Shown here: positions 1 through 14,159 of the stretch, piece after piece | How positions within the stretch are numbered: the stretch's first letter is position 1 | How the letters are laid out: each line of letters begins with the position of its first letter | NCBI GenBank assembly: GCA_973895155.1 | Contig: OZ316893.1 | Coordinates: 19,782,857-19,846,856 of the forward strand | Reading direction: 5' to 3' | Origin: Marsupella aquatica | Lineage: Eukaryota > Plantae > Marchantiophyta | DNA length: 64,000 bases | The notes under the pieces: generated by a model | What the model was told of the DNA's origin: nothing | Database searches by the model: none | The model's input: only the letters and a program-made list of their open reading frames with translations | Translations under genes and position numbers: made by a program

Positions 1-3000
1 GCAATAGAGCAGAGGGCAACGAGCCGACCTACTTGGTTCGAACACCGAAGAGCTTGCTTTTCACTGTGGGTTTGTTCGTCCCCATGCAGACAGACAGCAG
101 ACAAGCAGACAGCCCAACAGCAGCCCAACAGACAAACAGAACGCAGCACCAGAAAGATGCAGAAAAGCACTCAAAGGAGCAAAACAGTAGGCCCCCCGTA
201 TCAATTCTGAAGTCCCATAGTCCTCGTCCAGCTTGAACCGACCATTTACCAAGAATTCCCTCGTGTGCACAAATGGTGTTGTTGCAGTAGCATCTATCGT
301 CACCGTTGATCACAGCTCCCACCCTCCCGCCTATTTAATACGCTAGATGAGCAGCTACAGGAAGCTGAGGATGACAATTGAGCCGGGTCATTCATCCATA
401 GACAATTCTGTAATTCTGTTCCTGCAAAGCTCACCGATTGCGCAACAGAGCATGATGACCCGCTTCGTGAGATGGATCATGAGACTAGTGATAGATGACC
501 AGGCCAGATTCTTTCCAGGGTCACGTCTGACTGATGACCTCTCCTGACAGTAGAATTATACAGTAGAATTATCTGCATGGGGTGCAGAGTCCATTGCCTA
601 CTATTGTAGGTGGGCAAATCAACGAGACGCAAAAAAAGATTGTCTTGCTTCAGATTGTCTTGCTTCAGATCGACAGTGGTTTTAGCTTTTGTCCCCTCTC
701 TTTCTTCCTTTTCGTTTCTTCTACTGTGGGAGAAGAATGATCGCGTTTGTACTCTTTCTGGTACAGTACTGAAGTGAAAAGCGCACTGTCAACAAAAGAG
801 AACACTAAGATAATAGTAAGGTTTGCACATTATTATGCAACTACCCAGGTGTTTCTCTGATGAATGCTGCTCACCTGTACTGAAGTACCTCCGACTACCC
901 CAAAGCACTGGACCAGTGCCAGTGCTTAGTCCCGGTCAGGGCTGTGGAATTAAGTTTCTAAGCTGAAGGAAAGAGAAAGGTGGCTATAGTTTTTAGTTAT
1001 TTGTTCTTACCCCAAAAAACCCCCCAAAAGTATTTTACTACAAATGTTGTTGAAAATGGTGCTCCCTTGGCGTGAGGAGTGAACCATGTAATCTCCATAA
1101 CACCATTTACATCTTCACTCATTGAAGCCCTTTTGGTTTCCAGAAATGACAAAGTTCGACCATCAATATCTCCTATGATGCCCAACTGATCAGCTATACC
1201 TCCCATATATAAGGGCAAAAATATGCCATACAGCTATTGAAATGCAAGAAAAAGCAGACAATAAATTGTGTGTGTAAGGGTTTTGGGATGTGTAGGTGGA
1301 GGGGCGTGTCTCCCTTGGTTTTGTTTGGTAAGTATACAGCAGCACCACAATACACAGATTCTATATTTGTCCATGGCAGTTTGCATACATTGGACTAGCA
1401 GTTCCCTCAGGTAAAATTGTTAAATTTTTGGGAAACTCCATAGCTCTAATTTGATTTGATGTTGTGAATTGAGATGTGAGAGCTGAAACCAACTTCTTAT
1501 TTGTGGAAACCAGCTTGGCATGGTTGTAGCATTAGTCTTCATGATGGTGTTTTAGGGAGGCTGTCCCGGAACTCATTCCATATGTTATATCACCAAGTTT
1601 CCTATGTGTAAAATCAGCAAGTTGAAGTCAGGGCCCATAGTGTTCTTGGCTCAAAGTCCTGCAAGTTGGATAGTTAGTCTAGACTTTTGACATATCATTA
1701 GGTGTTTGCATACATTGGACTAGCATACATTTCTACGCATTGTTAACTTGTTGGCAGTGGTTCATTTGGCGATGGTGAGGCAGTGATGACTGATTGGTGA
1801 GGAAAGATAATTAAAACTTCTCTGGTATTAATTGGGGTCGAATGGGCTGCTCAGGACCCAAGTCTCTTGCCATGACACTGAGCCCTTGCCGCCCCGGTTC
1901 TCTTTGTGGGCTACTTTGGCCTTTCCGTCCTAGCATGCCTTCACTTGCCTCCTGGTTTCATCAAGGGATTAGTGAAATATAGGCCTTTGTATTAGCCAGG
2001 ACCAGATATGCTCTTAGGTTGATCTCCACAGTATAAATTTGCCTAGATGCCTACTAGCTGGGCTTCACCTAGATGTAGATTTTACAAAAGAAGGGAAGAC
2101 TTCCTAAGTAGTTCTGATTCATGGTAGGTGAGGCAGATGCAAGCAACTACTGCAGCATAAGACAGATGAAAGCCTCTTTCTTCTACTTTGTAATGATTCC
2201 ACGTCCTGCTTTTCATGGAACTAGCCATGTCTAAGCACAAAAAAGGCTCCATCCCATGTCCGTACCAATCAAAAGCATAGTCTAAATATGAAAAAAGTAT
2301 GTTACCAGATAAATTACGGGTTGAAAGGTTTGAATGGTAAGCTTTGATCGCAAATCACAGCATAGATGATTGGAAAACATTCAAATACTTTAAACCACAG
2401 TTGGAATTGTTTTCTTGCTCAGCTCAATGGTTCAGCATTGAACTGACTATAAAATGGAACGTGGCTGGATATTTTGATCCTCCAGATTGAATCTTATCAT
2501 GATAAAATCACCTTAGAAATCACCTGTGGTCAAGAAGCCTACGGTCCATCCTACCATCAAGCTACAACCCTTATCTCAAGAGAGCTAAATTCTAGATGTG
2601 GCACCCAATTCCAATCTGGAACAATTTTAGCCTTGTGTGTATGAGGGTGGCTTAGGTTACCTCTTAGCTCCATTTGGAAAACAAAATATGATAAGTAAAT
2701 AATCTGAAGACAAAAAACCTTGAACAACTTGGAAAGGAAGAGTTCCCATTCTGCAAGTTGAGGGAAGAGAAACTTCTTACCAGTGGGTGTGGAGCAAGTG
2801 TGCAGATAGGTTCTTTTGTGCTTAGTTGAGCCAAAGGTTGGTTGGTGGAGCTGGTCAGGCCCACACCAGCCAGTTTAGCTGATGTAATAAGGTACTGTAC
2901 TACAGTTGTCTCTCTATAATTGCACACTCCCAGGAAAAGGCATCCAGTGTGCTCTTAACGTGGGTTTGCACTATGTTCTAAGCTCACAAATGTGAAATTG

Positions 3001-6000
3001 TGCAATAAACAATAAGAGATACAGTGCCTCCAAGTGCAATGGCGCCCTATGTCAATGAACTCTCATAAATCTCACCCTAAATTGTACGTCTTTGCCCTAA
3101 ATACAGAAAACCCCTACCCCATCAGTGCAATTTTTACTCTACAAAAGAATGTCATGCCCTTGTCAGTAATGATAAGTCGATGGAATTGTGCGCTTCCCGG
3201 CAGAGGCTTACTCTAACATAGTTGTTGCCTAGTGAATTTGTTGGCCCGTATGCCTTTTGAAAAAGTGCAAAATGGTGTAAACTCCACACTGGAAAAAAGG
3301 AAGGGTGGGACACCTTGCAGCTAGCCAGGGTTTGTACTTAGAGAGAAATGACTGTTTGCTAAAAAGAGGCAACTCTAGCCCGAGGTTTTCCATCCGTCAG
3401 CATGTCACAGAGCACTGTTCTGCAATCGCAGCACACTGTTTTCATTTTTACTAGTAGCATTCCTCAGTCCTGCCTCCCTGGGATCCTCCCAGGTGCTTTT
3501 ATTTATTAATTTACAAATTTTAGCTTTCAGGCTAGGAGGTGGAGATGTCCTAGATGGCGACTTGGCGAGGGACAACCGTAGCCCTGTGTTGAGTATCTAA
3601 TCGCACCTAGAAAGTCTAAGTAGGTGTTGCACCTAGCCACCTCTGAAGACATGAGGAGAGTAGGGGACTAGGGTACAGTCAGTTGGGGGGTGCAGAGTGA
3701 TGTGAAATTGGAGTCTATTTCAGCAAGGGATGCGTGCTTGGTAAGCATGGAAATAAAGGCATCCAAGGAGGGAGAAAAGGGGGTGGCTGGCTGTCTCCAA
3801 CGCTGTCTCCAATATGCATTTTGTGTGTTAACCCTCAGTGTTACCCTACTCCTGCCATTATATGTTGCATGCTATGCTATGCTATGCTATAGTTGGAGAT
3901 TCAGTTATTTGTTTCATAGAAGCCCTTGGCAAAACTATAAGGTGGCCAATTGGATCCCTTCTAAATATCATGGTCCCAACTAGTGAATCCTTTACGTGCT
4001 AGTTGTTGCACATTGTGTTAGTACTGTGATGACACATTGGTTTGTGATGATACGAAAAGGTTTTAAAAAAGTTTTGGTGACTTATTTATCAAAATTACTG
4101 TCCAGATTGGACTGCACAGTTATAACAGTAATAGTGTGACTCTACAAGTGAAATACAATTTGTTTGCTAAGGGGGAGACTTCTCAACTCGCCCTAATTGT
4201 CATCTGCCCAAAACAAAGCAGGAAACACTCATCCCAACCCAAATGGCTTCAGAATATAAGATGGCCAATCACTGTGGTTGCCTTGGTAGACCACATGTGT
4301 ATGTTTGTATACGATAGCTCATTGTATACCGTATACATCACTTAAGCATGGGCTTCGATCTAGCTCTGACTTAGTCAAAGTTGATAAATGCTACGTAAAC
4401 TAGGTCTAGCACATGCAAAATATGAAAATAAATTATTGCACATAATATAAAAAAGTTAAGGTTCCAAAACCCAAAGTGAGTACTTCAGAGATCACTGACT
4501 ATAATACAGTGCATAAAGCATATCCAAAGAAAGTTCAACAAACGAATGCACGTGCTTGTTGACCTGTGTAATCTGAGTGCATGGCCTTGGAAACTACACA
4601 TGATTACAGCTCAGTGGAAAACAAGCATATCTGAGTAAATTGACTCCACTTGTGTGAGGAAATTACCCCAGCTAGAGTGAGGAAATTGCCGTGAACACGA
4701 ACGTCTCACAAGACAACAAGTATGTGCGAGGAAATTGCCTCCATAGCTACATCATTCTAGTGCTTGACTATTTTACCTTATTGAAAAATATATATATAAA
4801 GTAAATTATATTATCATTTTTAAATTTATTAAAATACAAATTTTGCATAAGATAATGGAAAATATAAAGTAACTATAAAACTTGCAATATTGAAGAGCAT
4901 GAGAATTGAGCATCAAAAAGTCTCAAACTCTGTGCCCAGGACAAGGAGGCGGGCCAAGAGGGATTGTGGGTCCTGAGAATGTCAGAATGATTCTATTTTA
5001 AATGTAATATGAGGTAAATCTATGTGATGCAGTGGTAGAAGAGTCCAGTTGGGTCCTTGAGGTTGTGAGTTCAAATTAGGCACTAGCTGTTTTTTTTCCC
5101 TTCAATTAATCGCAGAGAAAAGGTGGCAAGACAGAAATGAACTTAGAGAGGTTTAATTAATTTCTACATTGAAATAATAAATGGAATATATATGGGGGTT
5201 CAAGTAATTCGCAGATAGAAAAAATAGCAAGGAAGCCAGCCATCGGAGTATTTATTAAAATTAATAGAATTACCAAAACAAATTAGAGTTGGGAGACTGA
5301 TACACTGATGTACCACAAGGGGAAGCCCGAAAAAATTCTGACATTGCTGGCGAACCATAGTTATGTTTTTCTTCCTCTGTTATTTTTTGGCATTTATCAT
5401 AATGTTCACCTTTACACTAAGGCTTTATTAAAAAAAAAATGACCCCTCAGACCCCCTTTGCCAAAAAAAACATACATTCCTTTTCAAATTTAAATAGCCC
5501 CTTTAGAGAAAGTGCACATTTACATTTAACCAAACTAACCACATTGTCAGAATTTTTTTTCTGCTCCAGAACCGTAGACTCACAAAGACTGGGAAGATAC
5601 CAACATGGCTCTCTTTGACAGTGTCATTTTTTTTCAAAACAAGCTCAAACAAATGTGTAGAAAAGAATGCAAAGTGGCCTTCTGTCTACAGTAGTACTAG
5701 TAGTAGTAGTACTAGTCCATAATATTTATTGCACTAGAGAGGTAAAGTGACCAAGGGATAATTTGAAAAATGCAAAATAGACAAATCAAAGACAAGTTTA
5801 TAATACTTTGTCAGGGAATTGAACCCTGAACTTATTGAACCTTGAACTTCCAACCAATGCGCCATTGGTTGTTTGGCAAATCATTCCAAGAGCAGGTTTT
5901 CATAGCTTGCTTTCTGGCCTCAACAAAGGTATCATCAAATATCACTGTTTTTCTTTTAGAATAGCCCACCCGTTCTTTGAACGTGAATAGCAGAGAGGAC

Positions 6001-6265
6001 AATAAAAATGTCACCAAAATATATTCCTTATTCACATTCTTTGAAAATTAATGAAATGATAAAAACAATCATCATACATCATCATTTTAATAATCATATA
6101 TATAGCATATCATACTCTTTTCAATGCACATATGTTATGGTGGCCATAAAGCCCATTTTTGAATGTAAATAAAAATCATGACAAAAAACATACATGCTTA
6201 TCATTTGACTTCCATCATGGTCATGAGTTTGCCCATCCATATGATGAGCCTTAGAGTTATAATCT

Positions 6266-6546
6266 AGAGTTAACATAAGTTGACTAGACTTTTCATGAAA
6301 GGATAACCCTCTTTGTATCCCTTGGAGAGAGAGCACTTAGTGGAGAACTTTGTATGTCAGAGAGAGATAGAGAGAGCTTGGACCATGGAGTTATGGTGAT
6401 ATGTACTTTTTGTGCTCATAGTGAAGCTCTTGGTGCAACCGTGGACCTAGCCCTGACGGTGTGAACCATGTAGCTTTGTGTTGGTGTACTCAAGTATTGT
6501 ATGAGTGATGATTATGAGATGTGATGTTGTCCATTTTGATCCTACA
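6266..6546 (+). repeat. 5' LTR of the copia element, missing about 50 bp at its 5' end
   Basis: Aligns by eye with 11397-11683 (shared GGATAACCCTCTTTGTATCCCTTGGAGAGAGAGCA and others) and ends in ...GATCCTACA just before the PBS. Confidence 0.85.
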
Positions 6547-6548
6547 AT

Positions 6549-6560
6549 TGGTATCAAAGC
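6549..6560 (+). promoter_or_regulatory. Primer-binding site (tRNA-iMet type) of the copia element
   Basis: TGGTATCAAAGC, 2 nt after the LTR-terminal CA; one mismatch to the canonical TGGTATCAGAGC. Confidence 0.85.
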
Positions 6561-7663
6561 TTTGGTTTGGGATCAACTAATGTTTCAATGATTTATTGTG
6601 ATCAATTGATAGTTTTATAGGGCACGATAAAAGTGTGAACGTTGACATACAAATTGGTGATCGGATAAGGAGGTCTATGGAGTGGAAAATTGTAAGTTAG
6701 TCAAAAGATTGTTCACATATGGCAGAGCAATTTTAATTTTCATATTAGATGGTTTTTGAGGTTTCGACTTCATTACCGAGGAAAACATACGCTCGGAAGT
6801 GAAAAAAGGGTTGAGGGGGGCTAACAGGGGTTTGAGGGGGCACGTGGTAGCCTCTCGGTAGCTCTCAAAAAATTTCCACAAGGCCTTACAACTTAGGGGG
6901 TTGACTATCAAAAATCTTAGGAATCACGTGCGAACCAAAATATGTATTCTTGATAGAAATTAACTAAATTTTTAAAAAGCGTTTGAGGCAAAAGAAGGTA
7001 TTATAAAATCAATTTTATAGAATATTCTCTAATATATGTCTTTTATAAAACAAAATAGATGATTAATATTGAAAACGGGGAATATTCTTGAAATATTCTT
7101 TTTATAAAATATATCTATTTATATTAGGCTAGGATCTCACGTGGTACACCAAAATATACACATAATTTAACCCCCGAGCCTTACAAGGGTTGTGGGAATT
7201 TAAGGAAAAGCTTGTTTTTGCGATGAAATCGGATTTTGGCAAATCATCCAATGTTGTATCGACACAATATTTTGCAATGACATACTTGAGGGAGTTGAGT
7301 AGGGGCATGTGCATACAATCTGTCAAACCAGCTTTGCTTACAAATTTGAGTGAATTGATTCTCCTCATGGGTCCAATTTTGACATTTTGACCCCTCTTAC
7401 TCGTAGGTAAAAATATCTCAATTGAGATATATTTTTGGCAAATGGATTTTGGGACAAATCCCCGGACAAAATCTGATACCTTCTAGGATACCCATGAGTG
7501 CTCTTGGATTTCAATTTTAGCAACTTTCATTTTTGGTCATTTTGTGGCTAATGTTGTCATGTTGTTGTGCACATTTGTGTGAAATTGAGAAGCTGCAAAG
7601 TGATTTTTGTCACTTCAAGGTCCTAGGGGTATACAACATTTGGCTCATTTAAAAGTCACTAGT

Positions 7664-10600
7664 AAAAAATATGAGGTGGAAAAGTTTATTGGTCATAATA
7701 ATTTCACGTTATGACAAGTTCAAATGCAAGCCGTATTAGTTTCGCAAAGTTTGGGCGCAGCATTGAAAAGTCAGTCATTGGTGATATTTGAGGAGGATTG
7801 GGAGGACATCTGTGCACAAGCTCTAAGTTTAATCCAGTTACACTTCCAAGGCATCTCATATTCTACTCCAAGTGTTGACTGAAGATTCATCGACAAAATT
7901 GTGGAACGACTCAAATAGATGTACCAAAAGAAATTTTTGGCAACTTTTTTATCACAACCTTGAAGTTGATGACAATGCACATAATGGAAGGTACAAAACT
8001 TACCGATCATATCGATACCTTTAACTTGATAGTGTCCAAGTTGGCCACTCTCGATGAAAAAGTTGAAAACCAGAAGAAAGTTTTGTTTCTTCTTATTTCC
8101 TTGCCCAAATTATACAAGCATTTGACTCAGACCATACTCTATGGTAAGGATCAAATTTCCTACGATAAGATAGTGAGCACGGATGATAGTAGGAAAAAAA
8201 TGCATGTAACCTCTCATGCTTACTCTTCTCCTTTATCAATAACCAAGAGTCGATTTAAACCAAAAACATCAATTCCTCAATGCTCTTGATCCAAGATCTT
8301 AGATTCAAAAAGTGTGGAGTGTTGGAATTGTGGAAAAATAGGCCATATGAAAAAGAATTGCAAAAGCAAACCAAAGTCTATTTTCCATCAAGCTAGTTTG
8401 GTTGTGTCTGATGATGAAGGATTTACTTTGTGCACTAATTCTTCTATTGTGCATGAACTTTATTGGATTTTGGATTCTGGTTGTTCTTATCACATGACTC
8501 TTACAAGATTTTTTTTTTATTCCTATGAATCCACTATCAAAAGTGTCTTGGTGGGGAATGATCAACCTTGCCAGATAATTGACACCAATACAGTAAAAAT
8601 TCAGATGTCTGATGGCGTTCTTCAAATGTTAACAAATGTCAAACACATTCCTCATTTCAAATAGAATTTGATTTCTCTTGGAGCTCTAGACACTATTGGA
8701 TGTTAGTGGAGTATAGTTGATGGCATTTTGCAAGTCAAGAAGAGATCTCTCACTATCATGAAAGCCCAAAAGAAGGGAAATGTGTATATCTTGGATGGAG
8801 CCACCATCCTGACAATGTTAATGTGGTTTCATCAAAGAAAGACCAGACACGCTTGTGGCATACACAACTAGCTCACATGAGTGAACAAGAATTGGCGGTG
8901 TTGTGTAAGCAAACAGCTTTCCCCGATGCAAAGTCTTGCAAGTTGGAGTTTTGTTAGCATTGTATTCTTTGCAAGCAGCATTGTGTCAGTTTTAACATTG
9001 TTCATCATACCTCCAAGGATATACTCAATTATATTCATTATAATATGTGGAAATCCCCAATTCTTTACATTTTAGGCATGAAATACTATTTCTTATTTAT
9101 TGATAACTATTCACACATGATTTGAATATATTTCATGTGTGAGAAGTTGAGTGAGAAGTCAAAGATATTTCTAATCTTCAAGAAGTGGAAAACACAAGTT
9201 GAGACACATGCGGGAAAACTTGCACGTGTGGTTCTGACCGGGGGGCTGCACGTATTTCCCTATGGAAGTCAGACATACGCGTAGGAATATGTGACAACCC
9301 CAAGACACCAAACTAATTTTCTAGGACTCACATAACTGTGGGGCGCATGGAAAAGGGGAAAGAAGGTGATGTGTCTTCGCTCAAATAATGGCGATGAGTA
9401 TATTTCCAATGAATCCAACCTCTATTGTGACATGAAGGCATTACTTGATGTTTGACAAATGTATATACTCCACAACAAAATGATGTTGCAAAATGGCTCA
9501 ACAAAACCTTGTTGGAGCGTTCACAGAGTATGTCAAGTCAAGCAGGTCTTTTGGATTGAAGTTGTTAATACAAGAACTTATTTGCTAACTTTGTCTCCAG
9601 TTAGCAATATTGGTTATAAGACTTCTTTTGAGATGTGGCACCAAAGATCTGTTGATTATACCAAACTACATGTATTTGGTTGTGAGGCATATGCTTAATT
9701 TCTTGCCTCCAATATCACACACTAAACTTGATCCAAAGTTTGTGCAGTGCATATTTCTTGGTTATCAGAAAGGAGTGAAAGGGTATCGCCTATGGGACCC
9801 TTTGGCGCAAAAACCGATAGTCAACATTCATTTGATGTCTCATTCAATGAGATTTTTCTCATTGAAAGACAAGAAGAAAATGGTGGAAACTCCAAATGTT
9901 GACAGGATTGAGGGGGAGATTGAACATGAATATGCTCATGAACTAGTGTCAACGCCAACACCAATACCAACAACATAGAACCGACTGCTAAAGTGCTAGA
10001 ATCATCAAGGAGATCTTCATCAACACCTCACAAGCAGCCTACACGGTTTGGAAAATAACCACAAATGCCACAAATGGATATTGTCATAGCTTTCCTATAA
10101 GGTTTATTGGAAGAGATGATCTTCATGAGACAACCTGAAGGGTATGTCAAAAGACGCAAAGAGCATCTGGTGTGCAAATTGTTAAAATCCTTGTATGGAT
10201 TGAAATAGAGTCCAAGACAGTGGAACAAAGGTTCAAAGATTTTATGTTGTCACTTGGATTTATTCAAAGTGCGCATGACTGTTGTCTATACATGAAGAGA
10301 GTGAATGATGAGACTTTTGGTTTTATTTTGCTAGCTCTTTAGGTTGATGATATGCTCATAGTAGCAAAGAATAAATCTAACATTACTAAGCTGAAAGCTC
10401 AATTGAGCTCTGAGTTTAGTATGAAAGATTTGGGTTCTGCTAAGTGCATATTGGGCATGGAGATTCATAGGGATAGACAAATGGCAGATTGTGGTTGACA
10501 CAAAGTAAGTACACTAGTAAGGTCCTTGCCAAGTTCAATATGGCAAGTGTCAAGTCTCCTTTAACATCACATTTCAAGCTTTCAGTTGCATCCTGCCCCA

Positions 10601-11313
10601 CAGATGCAATTGAGAGAGGTTATATGTCTAAGGTTCCCTATGATAGTGCTATGGGTAGTTTAATGTATCTTATGGTTTGTACCAGCCCGATATAGCGCAT
10701 GTTGTTGGAGTGATGAGCAGGTACATGGCTAATCCAAGAAATATATATTGGAAAGTAGTGAAGTGGATACTACGTTATCTGTAAGGAATCTCTATTGTTG
10801 GACTGTTGTTTGATGCACACAATGAAGACGCAGAATCATTGATTGGCTATGTGGACTCTGACTATGGAGGAGATTTGGACCAACCAAAAGAAGTCCACCT
10901 CGAGATACACTTTCACTCTTGTAGGTGGATGTGTGAGTTGGAGGTCCACAAAGCATGAATGCATATCTTAGTCTTCTACTAAAGCTGAATATGTGGCAGC
11001 AGCTGAAGCAGCTAAAGAGGCAATTTGGTTAAGCAACCTGGTGAAGGATTTGGGGATTACACAACGCATTGTGCTTCTCTATTGTGATAGCAATAATGCT
11101 TTATACATTGTTGTCAACCAAATGACACATGGCAGAGTTAAACACATTGATATCCGGTATCAGTTTATCAAACACGTAATGTCAGCAGAAAATGTTGAAC
11201 TAGTCAAGATTGATGATAAACTCAATCCAACTGAGATGTTAACCAAGGTTATCTCTCATGATGATTTTGCAAGACATTGCAATTCACTGCAGATCTTAGT
11301 TTTAGATTGCTAG
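7664..11313 (+). pseudogene. Disrupted copia gag-pol polyprotein
   Basis: Fragments: KYEVEKFIGHNNF (Gag N-terminus), CWNCGKIGHMKKNC zinc knuckle (~8320), WILDSGCSYHM protease (~8464), LRSNNGDEY integrase core (~9376), KLDPKFVQCIFLGY, KSLYGLK*SPRQW and L*VDDML of RT (~10185-10355), LYCDS and KHIDIRY of RNase H. Confidence 0.92.
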
Positions 11314-11346
11314 CAGCTAGCTCAAGGCTAGAGTCAAGGGGAAGTT

Positions 11347-11683
11347 TGTTAGGGTTTTGACTCAACCTTGGCTAGGTTAACTAGAGTAAGCTAACCAAAG
11401 TTAACATTATTTGACTAGACTCTTCATGAAGGGATAACCCTCTTTGTATCCCTTGGAGAGAGAGCATTTAGTGAAGAACTTTGTGTGAGAGAGAGAGAGC
11501 TTGGACCATGGAACTTGGACCATGGAGCTATAGTGATATGTACTTTTTGTGTTCATAGTAAAGCTCTTGGTGTGACTGTGGACGTAGCCCTGACAGGGTG
11601 AACCATGTAGCTTAGTATCGGTGTACTTGAGTGTTGTATGAGTGATGATTATGAGACGTCATGCTATCCATTTTGATCTTATA
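11347..11683 (+). repeat. 3' LTR of the copia element
   Basis: Starts TG directly after the PPT, ends ...GATCTTATA (CA mutated to TA), and matches the 5' LTR. Confidence 0.85.
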
Positions 11684-13200
11684 GGCCCCAAGTCTAGCTT
11701 GTAATTGGCGCTTTATAACTAAGATTCAGTTTTCATTGGTGATCTCTCGAAAGCACTCTTCACTGGAGACGCATTCATGACATTACTTTTAGGGGATTCC
11801 TCTTCATCAGAATCATCATCCCAATACCTTCCAGACCTGGCTTCTTCACAAATATGCATTATATTCAATATCCTCTTTCTACATTACATGGATTTGTGTT
11901 ATATTTCAAAGAAATAATCCAGCTTGCAACAGGTATAAAATTTCTTAATTTTATCATATTAGTCAGAGTGTACAAAAATGTGGCAACAAAAGGCCTATCA
12001 ACTTTATGTTTATTTCATACATACATTTGTTTACTTCGCATTCTTGTTTGTCAATACTCTGGCCTTCAAATCAGCTTTGCCATAAATTAAATGCAATGTC
12101 TTCAATGCTATAACTTTTGCATCATTGACATTGAACAACGCAGATTCAAAATAAATAGAGGCAGTATCCTTGAGACAGTAACCAATCACTCTCTTGTATG
12201 TATGCATCATCCTATTAGTTAATAGTTTACAATTAACTTTCTTGTGATAGGGTCATTGTCTTTCCAAACCCGATAGTAAATTAGTTGTGAATTCACCATG
12301 TTTCCAAACCCGGTAGTAACTTAGTGATGACTTATAATTGTGTAGATAGGTAGAAAGACGAGTATGTGTAGTATAAGTGTGTGACTTTTCCAAGAAATTG
12401 TTAGTTCTAATAAATTGATGCCACTACCGGAGGCCAGAGTTCAAAGGGGTGTCTGGGGGTGGTAAATTTGGTCCAAGTATGACAATGGAGCCATTGAGGG
12501 GGTACAAGGAGGCCAAAAGGGGGCCCAAGGACTTGGAGGCCAAGGTCTACGCATCCTGGTGGGTGGGGGTTGACCGAAGGCTCCACACAAGGTGCAAAAT
12601 GGGAAGAAAGACCAAAATATAGAAAATGTTGAAACTTAAAACATGCTTTGTTTGCGCTAGTATCTTCCGAACATAGTCATGTCTGAATTCATTTTGAAGC
12701 CCTCGATGAGCCCCATGCAAAACCAGGGTCCATTGGGAAAACTTGAGTCCACACCAAACATCATCCTCTCGATAACTTTCAATGCCCATCAAATGGCAAA
12801 ACTAGATGCCTAGTAATTGTGTTATGGAGATGGCCACTAGAGTACCTTTCTTGGGAGGCCATCTCAAAGCATGAGGTTGGTCATTCTTGGGTTTTGCAAT
12901 GCAAAAAGAAAGGTGGTCATTGTAGAAGTAGAAGGAGGCCATTTGGAAAAGGACGGAGGGAGGTGGTTGTCTTGAAAAAATGAGAGGTGGCCATTGCTTG
13001 AGGAGTCGGAGGAGGCCACCTTAGGAAAAAATTGTGTAGTGGCCATCTTGGAGGGAGGAGAGGGCCATTGGTGGGTAGGCCAACAGTAGAGGCCATCCTT
13101 ACGGTGCAGGCGAGTTGCAGCCTGCAATCCAAACTGGGGCCAGGTTTTTGGGTTAGCTCTCTCTTGCGAGGTCGCGACCCTTTGTCCTGGCCATTGTAGC

Positions 13201-13519
13201 GCGCCTAATCGAATTGTTTGGAATTCCGAAATTCAAGAAATTATTTTATCAACAAATAGTGGACAAATTGGTATCTTACCCAATCATGCTCCTCTGTTAA
13301 CAGCTTTGGATATTGGAATCGTAAAAATACGTCTTAAGGAACAATGGTCCACGATGGCATTAATGGGTGGTTTTGCTATGATAGAAAATAATCAAATGAC
13401 TATTTTAGTTAATGAAGCTGAAAAAGCAAATGAAATTGATTTGCAAGAAGCTCAAGATACTTTTCAAAAAGCTAAAACTAACCTGGTTCAAGCGGAAGGT
13501 AAAAAACAAATTATTGAAG
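13201..13519 (+). pseudogene. atpE: Nuclear insertion of plastid DNA (NUPT): internal fragment of chloroplast ATP synthase CF1 epsilon subunit
   Basis: Open frame [60 protein letters not shown]...AEGKKQIIE with AT-rich plastid codon usage. Lacks the start codon and C-terminus, has no transit peptide, and the flanks are unrelated. Confidence 0.93.
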
Positions 13520-14159
13520 GACTTTGGCCATATGAAGGTCAATTTTTTTTTAATCTCAAAATCAACATGAGAGCTAAAAGTAGAGCAGAGCACAGAGAGC
13601 TTGCACTGAGCAAGAGATGAAGAATTGAATCAACTACTAACATTGAGTGGGCTCAAGTAGTTGTGCAACAAGTCTTCTCTTGCCCCCACATGAAATGCTA
13701 AGGTTAGTGTTCGCTCATCAAACATTTAGCCTGGGGCCAAGAAAAACCGACGTCAACTTTTGTATTTTACTTGGAATCTCCTGAATACCTAAAAACCTCC
13801 ATGATGGGCAATAGTGTTAGAAACAAGAGCATGATAACATAATCTGAGTTTTGTCTAGTGACTCGGGAGGAAGAGCATAGTCCATCAAAAATTGAGCACA
13901 AGAGAGAATGAAGGGCTCACTACTAGTAAGCACTACTGAGCAACTAAGCATGCACAATATAATGTTGTAGCCTTCAGAAACCAAGCACCAAGCAAGGGTA
14001 CAAAAACTAAGCACAATGAGAGAGCCATGGGCCCTCAGTCCAAGTAAAAATTAGTGAACCCCCTGCAATCGTGACCTCATTGCTCTTACCCCTTGTTATT
14101 TCTGTTTTTCTATAAAAAGTTGCCTTGTTACCGGTAATATTAATAATTATTAGTTCAAA

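Larger units (their letters stand above)
6266..11683 (+). mobile_element. Decayed Ty1/copia LTR retrotransposon (5' LTR truncated)
   Basis: Two related LTRs (6266-6546, 11347-11683), tRNA-iMet type PBS, polypurine tract AAGGGGAAG at 11336-11344, and domain order Gag-protease-integrase-RT-RNase H typical of copia. Many stops and frameshifts. Confidence 0.93.

Noticed and set aside
1-345. Possible promoter and 5' UTR of a minus-strand gene leaving the window (TATTAAATA at ~332-340, CT-rich leader)
   Set aside because: No coding sequence in the window to confirm it; the short ORFs here are low complexity.
5020-5097. tRNA-like A box (GCAGTGGTAGA) and B box (GAGTTCAAAT) followed by a T run
   Set aside because: No convincing cloverleaf or acceptor stem; at most a decayed SINE head.
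13306-13620. 104-aa ORF as a functional nuclear atpE
   Set aside because: Non-ATG start, N- and C-terminal parts missing, no transit peptide; treated as a NUPT.
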